A stretch of DNA of 64,000 nucleotides from Syncephalis fuscata S228. Taxonomy: Eukaryota; Fungi; Zoopagomycota. The stretch covers positions 434,001-498,000 of the forward strand of contig JAHLTZ010000008.1 of NCBI GenBank assembly GCA_025786725.1, written 5' to 3'. Positions 39,808 through 50,531 of this stretch are shown piece by piece (within the stretch, counting starts at the first letter, position 1; each line of letters begins with the position of its first letter). Below the pieces are notes generated by a model. That model worked only from the letters and a program-made list of their open reading frames with translations, was not told the origin of the DNA and made no database searches. Both the position numbers and the translations under genes were made by a program.

Positions 39808-40070
39808 GGCAGAATGGCGGAATGGCAGAATGGTAGTGGCAGGACGGTGGACTGGCAAAACGGTGAGATGGTGGAATACCACTGTTCTGCCATCACCAGT
39901 CCACCGTTCCGCCACCATCAGTCCACCGTTCTGCCACCACCAGTCCACCGTTCTGCCATCACCATTTTAGCGTTCTGCCACCACCATTTTAGCGTTCTGC
40001 CACCACCATTTCACCGTTCTGCCACCGCCATTTCACCGTTCTGCCACCACCATTTTGCCACCACCATTTT
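39808..40070. repeat. 22-bp minisatellite (about 8.5 copies) with an inverted G-rich arm
   Basis: Unit (g/t)t(c/t)caccgttctgccaccacca from 39877 to 40070. 39808-39874 is degenerate reverse complement (ggcagaatgg/ggcaggacggtggactgg). Confidence 0.9.
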
Positions 40071-40189
40071 ACTGTTGAACATTTGAACCGTTGAGCCGTT
40101 CGACTCACTTCCACCACTTTTGACTCCACTCTCTTTTCATTCCTTTTAGTGAACATAAAATTAAAGTACCTGACATCTGGGTCCAAAAT

Positions 40190-40980
40190 ACCATCATCAT
40201 AGATTTATTATCCAGTATGCATATATTTTTAATCCAACAATATCATTAAGATGTATCTTTACATCCTACTCTTAGTCAATGACAGGTTGAACACTTATAT
40301 TTATTATGCATTTCAATCAGCTTCACTCAGTCCGCTCAGTGCGTTATAGCTTTATTATAGTTATTTTTATTATTAATAACTGTTTATTACAATTATTAAC
40401 CATTTAATGTGATTTGTGTCAAATGGCTACTTTTGATATTCGCGCAACTGGCCTGCACATTTGTTCTATTGAACATGGGGACGGGTGGTGAGTTTTATTA
40501 ACGATCAAATCATCACATTTGGTGTGATTTGGTGGTTAAATGGCTATTTTGATTATTTACGCGTTTGAACTAAACATTCAACCTATTGAACATGGAGCTG
40601 GGTGGTGAGCGACATCAAAGTTTAAAACACTTGTCATTATAGATTTATTATTCAGTATGCATATATCTCTATCTACCTACACCACTCCCTTTTATTCCGC
40701 ACTTCTATGTATCATTCTACGACATACTGGACACATTCTGTTCATTAAGCACACCAGCACACTCTACTCATTCCCTCCTTGCGTTATATGCACTATAGTT
40801 TGACATTGTTTTATATGTCATTTTACACTCGCCCATCTATGCTCAATCCAAAACTGGTTTTATTTTTGTTCTAGCGTTATTATTAACAACTGTCGACTAA
40901 TGTCGCTCATTGATCATGCATATATGCTCAGTAACTATACCACTGCTGTCCATACTTTTTACTTTGTATATTCGTTTTAT
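40190..40980. mobile_element. Nested or truncated copies of the foldback/MITE family
   Basis: ctattgaacatgg..gggtggtgag at about 40466 and 40583, followed by gacatcaaagtttaaaacact...tagatttatta.tcagtatgcatat. Confidence 0.7.
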
Positions 40981-41862
40981 TATCTAGTAAATACGCGCTA
41001 GCTATTACCGTTGTCTGTTTGGTTTTAGCACCACTATTAGAAAAGTTCACGCAAGTTGCTTATCTGCTCATGCATATATGCTCGATAGCTTTAACAAAGC
41101 TAGTTGTCTTTTAACTAGCATAGCTGATAGCTGTTATGCTATTTTACCGTACAGTTACTATGCGCCATCAATAACTACTGCCAGCTTGACGCCAGCTTTA
41201 ATATTGACAAGTTTGACTCGTTCCGCTTAGTCATTCCTTCTCAAGGCGCACTATAGCTTAATGCTGCTACTCACACAATTACTTTTGGTATTTTATTTGC
41301 TCCATATTATTGTATGCTTAATGGCTATGCTTTATTTGCAGAAGCTATACGTTTCTTGTTAGCTGTTTGTTGCAAAGTTTAGCTCTGAGCACTTCTTTTA
41401 CTCTTTGCACACAAACGCGCAAGTAGAATAGCCTTCTTACACTGCTAGTGCTCTTTTTGCTGTTTTCCAGTGCTGATATGTTGCAATGGTATCGAACGGG
41501 TCAGCGATGAACTGGTATAAGCTATTATACCAAATAAAGCTTGTTATTACAAAATAGATATTCGCTATGGGTGTTATGTATACGTGCTTTAAAAGTGTCG
41601 TATAGCTTATTGCAGGGTAATCATGTATTGCGCTATAGCTACTTGAGCATAAGGACAAAGTGTACGTATATTTACCATGTGGCCGTAGACAGTGCTGGCT
41701 ACTCTATTCGACACAGTTAAAAGCAATAATAAACTTGGCCAAAAACAATTGCTTTAAAGATTTTATTAGATGGATTGCATTAGTATTCAACATATAAGCC
41801 ATTGGTATTTACTGTAGCTACAAGCTTGAAACTGGTCCCATTTAGCTACTTTGCGTGCCGCC

Positions 41863-43257
41863 TAAATGATCGGCATTGTTTGAAATAAAGCCATAGCTGA
41901 TATTGCCAAATAGACAGATTTACTTGCTATGCTACATGTAAAGTTTAGCATATATCATTTTTACGCTTAATCGGTTAAGCCGTGTAATCTAGATTTAATC
42001 CATCAGCTTATCGCGTTGTAAAGAGCTTGCCAATATTAATGTTCAGACAATATAATGACAGCAATAAAGACTCTTTTGCAATAAGTGTACAAGAAAACAC
42101 ACGGTTTACTACATATTACACTAATAGTTACATGTACTGAAGATTCTACTGGAATGGTTGTAGCTGCTTATACGGAAGACTAAGAGCAATTACGTAGTAC
42201 ATTGGTCATAGACGGTTTTAGACGACTCATGTTTTATTACGACATTTTCCACAACTATCACAATACATAAGCTGGCTTTACCGCTCCTCCGAACCAACAT
42301 TGTATCTTTATCTTCTCTTTCTACTCTTTACCACTCAATATACGCTACACTCATTCGTTCTTACTGTCCTTTGTTGTTCAATATGCTTTACGCTCGCTAG
42401 ACGTCTAATGATTACAAGATCACTGCTGGTTGCTGCTATACATACTAAGATAAGTAGCTGTCATGTGTGGTGTAATGCAATTGGCCTTTTACTATGTGAG
42501 CATTTGTAGATATATAGCCAACTAGACGCTATATGATTTTGTGGCCTGTATTTCAGTGTGCTGCAAACGGTGCTAGATTGCACATAGTTGACTGACCTTT
42601 TTTAGTAGTAAATATGAAGTTTGCTATGAGCTTGTTCGTTTGGTTGCATTGATAAGTATTTGGGTGTAAGTGCAGCATCAGATTTCTACTTGTCTGTTTT
42701 TGAATTGAACTGGGTATGGCGATAGAATCGGGTGTTGTTTTTTACAGCGTTTGTTAGTGGGACTCCGCATGAAATTGCATAGGATTTATACAATACAACG
42801 TATACAAACTGCCTCCATGATTGTGCGCGAGAAAGCTAGCCAAAACGCAGTTGTTGGTATAGTTTTATGAACGTGATAGATGCTGGGGTCTTGATCGGGG
42901 GGGAATTCCCCCTGCTCCGTGTTATTACGGATCATAGCTATTAAAGATGGCTGTTCCAGTGCTCTATCACTGTAACTACGCGGGCAAGCAGCATTGCACA
43001 GTCAAATCGCATGGCGGTATACTTATTTCTTTTTAAACCGATATAGATTCAAGAATGCTGCTGTTCAACAAGAATATGGCCGTAGTCTACTATTTATCTA
43101 CTTGGTTTGTATTATTCTATTTATATTTGTATTAAATAAAAATAAACTTTTTGTACATATCAAAATGTTATAATAGTTAATGTAATTACAGTTGGACTAT
43201 TTATTTGACAATCATTTCAGTGATTTATTTAGTTAATTGCTTTTTTTTATGTTATTA
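41863..43257 (+). repeat. 1.39-kb direct repeat, copy 2
   Basis: Near-identical to 32888-34277. Carries the second structured element at 42873-42970. Confidence 0.95.
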
Positions 43258-43968
43258 CTACGTTAATATTAAACAATTTATTAACAGTTTAAAGTAATTT
43301 AGAGGGTCAAATGACTATATTTAATCACATTCCCGCAACTGAATTAGTCATTTGTTTTGTTAAACACACAATTGGATGGCGATTAAGATTAGTCATAAAA
43401 CCATCATTATCATGCACACGTATATCCACCATCTATCCATATCACCATCAGTGCATATTCTTTATAATCTGTGTCGTTTTTATGCTTATTCATGCTTATT
43501 CTATTTAGAATTGTTATTTGTTTTACACTGAGTTTATTCTTTATAAACTTCGACATATTTCACAGTGTAAACTCATCAAGTTAAATATGAAACTGGTTTC
43601 ACTTAGAAAAATTCGTCATTATGCCAATAACATTTACATTCCTTGACGTTGCGGCGACTTTACCATTAATTACAACGCCGATCAATTAACTAGTTCGTGA
43701 CAAGCGGTATTTGATAATACTTACAAGCTTGTCTAGCCTTTTTTGGTACTTAGCCCCGTTTTTATGTAGCTTCGATGCATACTTTAATTATAAATAATAC
43801 CAACATACATTGCATTCCAATAGTCATACGCAATCGTGTAACCGTTTTACTATGAATAGAATAAACTAAGCCACAATTGTGCAAAGCCCTTTTCTTTTTA
43901 CATTATTGTTTATTACTGCTCATTTTTTTGTCACGTTGCAATTCTAGCGCAGTCATTTTTTATCAGTC

Positions 43969-46021
43969 ATGCCTTTGAACACACAGAATGAACGTTTGTG
44001 GAATAACTACGATGTTTTGATGCATCTGTTTTGCTATCTTGAATACAAGGATGTAGTACGCTTGGTCATTACCTGTCGAATTATTTATCGACAAATTGTT
44101 GATTGGCCTGGCTATTGGAAACGACAATATAGGCTAAAGTTTTGCCTAAGCGATCGACGTGAACAGGAGTGGCTTGCCTGGTACAGCTGGTATATTCATA
44201 CTATAGTAAAAGCCAAGAATACTACGACCGACGTAAATAAACAAAAACGAAAACGAAAACGCTCATCATCATCTATTACTGCACCTGTTAATAACAATGA
44301 TGATAAACATGTATCGCCTTTCAACGATTTGTCATTTATTCCTGATTTTACTGCCAGTCAGTGGTTTTATGTTTATTATCGTCGTCTACAAAATGACCGT
44401 AATGTTATGGAAGGACAATTTACCACACGGATGTGCCAATTGCCGTTTGATAACCACATTCAACTAGAGCTCGCTAATGTAAACTATTGGAACGCATTGG
44501 CATGTAACAAGGACGCAATGACACTATGGTTAATTAAGCATGATGTTTTACAAAAGGACAACGAAGATAACAGTATAACAATGACTTGCAATGAACTATC
44601 TATTCCTTTACCACCATCTTTATTTGATGGCAAAATTCAAATCCATTTTGTTTATGGAACACATCGGTTCGCCATGGCTGATGTTACTGTAAGCACATAT
44701 GATGATGTAAAATATATAAATGTTGGCGACAAAATAGGTAAATAGTAATTATTAATGCTGGCAATTATATATTGACTAATTAATGTTATCAATAATAGTG
44801 AATATCGACGATTTTGAAGCGCAGCACATTAACGAAACTGGATCTAAAGTTTTTGCTGCTTCTAATGAACAATCTACTAGCTCATCGGTTAATGTGCTTT
44901 TAAAGAGACGAGAATGTTCATGGAGAACAGCAACTATAGTATGGCCTATTGCCGATAGTTCACCACCTAGAATCATCAACCTTCGATGCAAACATAAAAA
45001 CAACCAAAAAGAACCAAAATTGCCTGATATCTACAACGACTGGATGCTAGTACATGCCAACTATACAAAAAGTTCATGTCAAACGTTTAATTTGTTTGAT
45101 TTGGATGGCAATAAATGGATAAAAGGACCAGTATTACCTAGTTATAACTCAGGTGCTTGTATTCAATTTGCGTCCCGTAGTCAATGTCAATTTTTGATGT
45201 GGACACCAGTAAACGACTTTGTAAAAAGTGACATTGATCTTACGCCCACTACCATTGAAGAGTCAGGAGCCGTTGATAATAAAAATCAATCAACGTATAT
45301 TCAGTGGGAGTTACATGGCACTCAAGAAGGCCAAACTCAGTGCAAGAAAACGCTATCTGGTCAATTTACTGTTTTAAAATTTCCAGGCTGCAACATTAAA
45401 GCACAAATGTATACAACCAACCTTTGTCTAGTCGTTGTATATCATACATTTAATTTTTTTTCTCAAAATCTACTATTAATGTTTGCACTTGGATCATTTG
45501 GTGAAAATGATTCGACACAAACATTATTCGACACGATAGATTATAGCCAATCGATGCCAATCAGTAGTTCCGCCCAAGGACGTATTCTATGGAGCCGGCC
45601 CATAAATGATGATGTAATTACGGGTTTATACAGCAAGAAGTTGGTTACTGTTCAAATTTTTAATGCAATCGAAGTGCTCAATGCTCAAGATGGAACTCTA
45701 TTGCGCTCAATTACTTGCCCATCCCACGTAAATTTTACACCATTCCTTGGGTCATTATGCGCGATGGTTGATAAACAAAATGGACCAAGTTGGTTTGTTG
45801 ACATGCATACTGGTTGTACTTACAAGGGACCAGCATGTCTTATTAGAAGAAAGAAGGAGGACGCCAAAGAAAATAGACTTTCACGCTCCATTAATGCAGT
45901 GCCAGCACCATGTTCATTTTCTGGTATACAGGTTGGGAGTCTTGAGTGCCATACTTCAAGTTCCATTATTGGCCGAATCAACGTAGATTCCGAAGTTTCG
46001 TACGAAGTACATAGTCTATAA
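43969..46021 (+). CDS. F-box-like protein with a divergent beta-rich C-terminus
   Basis: NYDVLMHLFCYLEYKDVVRLVITCRIIYRQI..YWKRQY fits the F-box pattern. Basic KQKRKRKR NLS-like run. GT-AG intron 44738-44798 joins the two track ORFs in frame. Confidence 0.75.
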
Positions 46022-46088
46022 ATAAAATTTATTTTTATTTTTATAAACAATTCATTAATAAGTTATTAAACATTTAATACCATCCAAT

Positions 46089-46490
46089 CTATTGAACATG
46101 ATGATGGGTGGAGTGACATTAATCGTCAAACACTCATCATTGTAGATTTATTATTAGTATGCATATATCCACCATTTACTTATATCGCTCCCATTCTGTA
46201 TCATTTCTTGCTCGCATAGTCTTGCTCTATTCAAAACTATTTTTATTTTGTTTTAGCTTTATTATTAATAAATTCAACTCATTCAATTCATTCATTTAGC
46301 AAGCTATATGTAATTAAAACATATAACAATAGAATGTATCCAGTATAGTATAGAATAATACATAGCATTATAGATGTATATTGTTAACGATACAAGAAAA
46401 TAGAATATATATATGCATACTAAATAATAAATCTGTAATGATGAGTATTGATAATTAATGTCATTTATCACCCAGTTCCATGTTCAATAG
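46089..46490. mobile_element. Foldback/MITE copy (~400 bp)
   Basis: ctattgaacatgatgatgggtg...atcattgtagatttattattagtatgcatat at left and its reverse complement ending catgttcaatag at right. Confidence 0.8.
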
Positions 46491-46686
46491 AACAATTGTT
46501 TAATTTGATTGCGCAAATATTATAAATCTTTATAAAAGGTATTGTTTTATTCTCAAATCAAACTACAAAATACTCATCACTTTAGCAAAAATGTAAGTTG
46601 ATGTATTATGGATATCGTGAATATTGGTCCACTACATTCTCTTAGTATTATCAAGCTATATACTTGATACCAATACAAATTTGCTA

Positions 46687-48678
46687 TTACTGATGGTGCT
46701 GATGATTGCCATCTTTGACTTTGCTATCATTGTTGTTGATATCATCGATATCGTCATTGTTGTGCGTATCATTAGGATAAATCTGTGGTGTAGCCGGCAA
46801 AGGGATATGCATCGCCACCGATTGTAAATCCGTAGTAGTCTGATTTGCATAGCTTGAGTCAACATCAACCATGCTGACCGAAGCAGTAGCAAGATTAATT
46901 CGTCGGGCAACTGTTAGACCGCGAGGCATGCTACCCTCTGAACCTGACATAAAATAAGCATCTGATGTAGGACGTGATGACTCGTAGGACATTGTAGTAG
47001 CAAGAGTCATAACACTATCACGGACTGTATTATTCTCTCTTAGGCCAATGCCATTATTTTGATTGGCCTCTTCAATCGCTAATTGCTCCATTAATCTTTG
47101 AGCATCAAATGAACTAACTGATTGTGGTCGCGGCATAACTAATACTGGTTCATTAGCAATTGTTTTTGTGGTCATCAGACCCATTGATGATCTTCTCTGC
47201 TGTAGCATATTGGAAGAGGTTGGCGCTGATGCTGATGCTACTGTTGCTGCCGCAGTTGCCGCTTCTGCGGCCGCATAATTCGAATATTTAGGTGTGTCTA
47301 GGGATGTTTGCGGCGAAGAATCACGTTGTATATCCCTTGATACATTAAGTATACCAATCAAATCCGAATTATCGTTTGCTGTTGTAGATGCGGTCGCTTG
47401 TCCTAATACAAGAGCATCAGGCAAGGCAGATGATCTAATTGGAGAGGGTGGGCTTAGAGTTGCAATAAGAGCGCTGCCAAGTGATGTATTTCCGCGTGTA
47501 TTGCTGGTGTTAAGTACTGATCTTCGGGTGCGTGTCTGTTGCTCGGCCGACATTAGTTCGTTAAGCTTATCGGATAATGGGCCGTCGTCGTCGGAGAATG
47601 CATATGAGCCATGGAATGACTGGCTATCATCTTCTTCAATAAACTGCATAGTGTTACCCGCTGTTGTTAATTGCGTTTGCCAGCTTGTGTTTCCACTTTG
47701 ATCATGTTGATAAACAACGCCCATAGCTGCAGCTGCAGTAGCTGGATTACGGAAATTGGCAAGAGATTGCCGTGGTGGGCGCACTTGCTCTGGATCATCC
47801 TCTGACCAGATTGAGCTGCTCTCCCACATTTCATTCTCATTGCTATAATCAGAACGTACACCGAGTGTGTTTGTTCGATCGATGCGGTTACGTATAGAGT
47901 GTGATCGCTTAACGCTAGTCTCACGGCTTAGTTGTCGGCTTGTTTGTGCTTCAAGCTGTAGTCCACTAGTGTTATGGAACTGATCGCTAGTTGGAATGGG
48001 AGCAATAGGGGTCGATGAGTTTACAGGCCGTGGCACATGTGCCGGCCAGTTGGCTGGAATCTGGGGTGGAATACCCCATGCATCGGCACCACCTTGCGAG
48101 GTAGTTACGGAAAATGGTGTTGATGTTATAGTCATTGGGCTTTGGTTAGCTTGATTGTTCGTCGTATTGAGTGCAGTAATATGAGATGGGCTTCTTATTG
48201 GCGAGGGATTACGTCGAACCAAGCTGCTAGCACGTAAGGGAGGACTGCGAAGAACATTGTTACCATGTATGTTTGATGAGGCACGTGTCTGTAAACGGCG
48301 AGCTGTTAGCAGTTGTTGCATCTCTCGCCGTCTCCGTACGTAGAGCACCATTGCTACACCGAGGACCGCCAATACGACCATCGATACCGTAATACTAATC
48401 AGTATAGGGGTATTAGTGCCTCCTCCCTTGCTATTATCAGTTTCCGAATTCGTATTATTTGTTGGCCCGGGGTCAACGAAAGAAGTCGTCGGTGTAGCAG
48501 CTGACTGTTGTGCCTTTGCCAGTGGGACTACAATAGCCAAATCATTATGAATGGCTTTTGAGTTTGGTTCCGGTACGCTAATACCACCTAGTATAGGTGA
48601 ATTGCCATTATTTTGGCCAGATGGATTTGGAGCATCAGATCCAGGTCCTACACCGGTAGGAGTGGGTTCCACTTCCAT
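46687..48678 (-). CDS. Single-pass membrane protein with a long Ser/Thr-rich disordered cytoplasmic tail
   Basis: 663-aa uninterrupted ORF. TM helix ILISITVSMVVLAVLGVAMVLYV followed by RRRR (positive-inside rule). No cleavable signal peptide visible. Confidence 0.8.
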   Translation of the reverse strand: MEVEPTPTGVGPGSDAPNPSGQNNGNSPILGGISVPEPNSKAIHNDLAIVVPLAKAQQSAATPTTSFVDPGPTNNTNSETDNSKGGGTNTPILISITVSMVVLAVLGVAMVLYVRRRREMQQLLTARRLQTRASSNIHGNNVLRSPPLRASSLVRRNPSPIRSPSHITALNTTNNQANQSPMTITSTPFSVTTSQGGADAWGIPPQIPANWPAHVPRPVNSSTPIAPIPTSDQFHNTSGLQLEAQTSRQLSRETSVKRSHSIRNRIDRTNTLGVRSDYSNENEMWESSSIWSEDDPEQVRPPRQSLANFRNPATAAAAMGVVYQHDQSGNTSWQTQLTTAGNTMQFIEEDDSQSFHGSYAFSDDDGPLSDKLNELMSAEQQTRTRRSVLNTSNTRGNTSLGSALIATLSPPSPIRSSALPDALVLGQATASTTANDNSDLIGILNVSRDIQRDSSPQTSLDTPKYSNYAAAEAATAAATVASASAPTSSNMLQQRRSSMGLMTTKTIANEPVLVMPRPQSVSSFDAQRLMEQLAIEEANQNNGIGLRENNTVRDSVMTLATTMSYESSRPTSDAYFMSGSEGSMPRGLTVARRINLATASVSMVDVDSSYANQTTTDLQSVAMHIPLPATPQIYPNDTHNNDDIDDINNNDSKVKDGNHQHHQ

Positions 48679-49982
48679 ACTATAATCAAATCAATAGTAT
48701 TACTATTGACGATGGAAATATGCGCAATTGGTATGTATAAATGATAGCAGTGAGTTATACAGCTCAATTGGAGTTACACGCCAAATGATAAGCTATCAAT
48801 GACAATAAAACAGTTGGAAGATACAAAATGTAGATGAAATCAAATGCTAAAATGGCGAATGGCCACGTCGATGTTGCAAAATCGATTGATGGCAAGTAAG
48901 ACTTGTGTAAACAAATAACGTGTAGTTATCTTTTTCTTTCTTTTGTCAAAAATGAATGGATGCAGTAAATGAAGGAAATGCTATAAGAGAATGCTAGAAT
49001 AGATAGAAATATGCAGATAGAAATGCCAATATGCTATGCTATAGTCAATGTAGATGGTGAACCTATGTACGCGGATATGTACCAGTGCAGCCGTGTGGCG
49101 TCAAGTTTGTAAACAATGCTATAAAGATACAACTGGACATGCAACAACTTGAACACACAGCAAGCAGGCAAGCAAATATTAACACCAATGCAAAAATGCG
49201 TAAAGACAAAAGAAAGAGAGAAAGAAAGGCGATGGGCGGTGGGAGATACAACGCCATCGATTCTATAAAGATAGCGCCATAGTCCTTTGTTCTTTTTCCA
49301 TAAAGCCATTGTACGACCATAGTCGCCAATCCACATGATCGATAAATATAGTTGGTTGATTGATTGTGCGAATGGATAAAACTGGCCTTTTCTCCAATGG
49401 AGCCCAATACAAACACAGCTTATCTATATGAGGAATGCTATGACGTTTAAGTGGGGGGAAGACAAGAGCAAAGGCGTATGTATACGCATTATTATTTGCA
49501 TATCACTTTTCTTCTTATAAGCTAGTTTCTGGTTTTAAGTTCAATAAGCGTTTACTATTATGTTTCTTTTATGCACTAGCATCTGTTATTGCCATATTTG
49601 GTAAATATAATTATCTAAATCTTCACACACTGAATAATCGTAATAAATACTTTAATGATTCATACAATCGATACAACTCCCTTGCATCACTTGTCAGTGG
49701 CTGCATTGCCCTCATTTCATTTCACCATATAATGCAATTATCATGACATCCATATAACATAGTAGATATAAACAAAACAAGTCTAAAGTACTATTCAGCG
49801 TTTATAGAGTGGTGTAATGTATTTATTATCATAAGCGTGTCTGTTAATAGGATCGGCAATGGACATTGTCTTATTGCTAGTATAACAGCACCATCGATTT
49901 GAAAGCAGAATGACCAGAAACAATAGCTGAATCTTGATGTATGATAAACTATACGATGTAGTTGTCAAACAATCTTGTCGTC

Positions 49983-50531
49983 TACCAAATGTACACCTAA
50001 ATATACTGGAATAATAACTACAGCTACAACTTACCCGGTTTGCTAATTATTCTATGTATGTCAATATATAAATGATTAGCTCTGTATAAAACTGAATTGA
50101 ATAGTCAATTTATATTTTAGCTTACATTTTATTCATCGCTATTGAGGAATAATGCTAGTTTTGTCATACAACTTACCATCTACAATAATAATTAACCAAT
50201 AACATACATGAGTGTTATGCTATTAGTTTGTCATGCAACTTACTATCTATGATAGTCATTAGTTATTATCATATATAAGTAATAAAAATCAATATTGCAA
50301 TGTATATTTAAAACTAGGACTTACCGTCTATTGAATTTAATTTGCTATGTTTATAAAAATAAACGATAATCAGTTCAATGCAGTGCTGGCAAAGGCTGTT
50401 CTAGTGGTCATAAAATATAAAATATAATCACAACATGCCACAGCAAACCATGACTGGCATGGCAGTTGTCACAATTGCATTGGACACGAACACCAATAGA
50501 AGGTGTAGATGGTAGCAATAGAAAACTTCAT
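49983..50531 (-). CDS. Small secreted-peptide gene or pseudogene with 3-nt micro-exons; paralog of 24180-24332
   Basis: Exon 1 (50439-50531) reads MKFSIATIYT[x]LLVFVSNAIVTTA-MPVMVCC after restoring one base near 50500. Then TAG|ACG|GTAAGT (50325-50327), TAG|ATA|GTAAGT (50244-50246) and TAG|ATG|GTAAGT (50177-50179); further donor at 50034. The 3' end is uncertain. Confidence 0.55.

Noticed and set aside
39814-40186. ORFs over the minisatellite
   Set aside because: By-products of a stop-poor 22-bp repeat.
32888-43257. Intact LTR retrotransposon
   Set aside because: No TG..CA termini, TSD, or recognisable gag/RT/integrase remnants.
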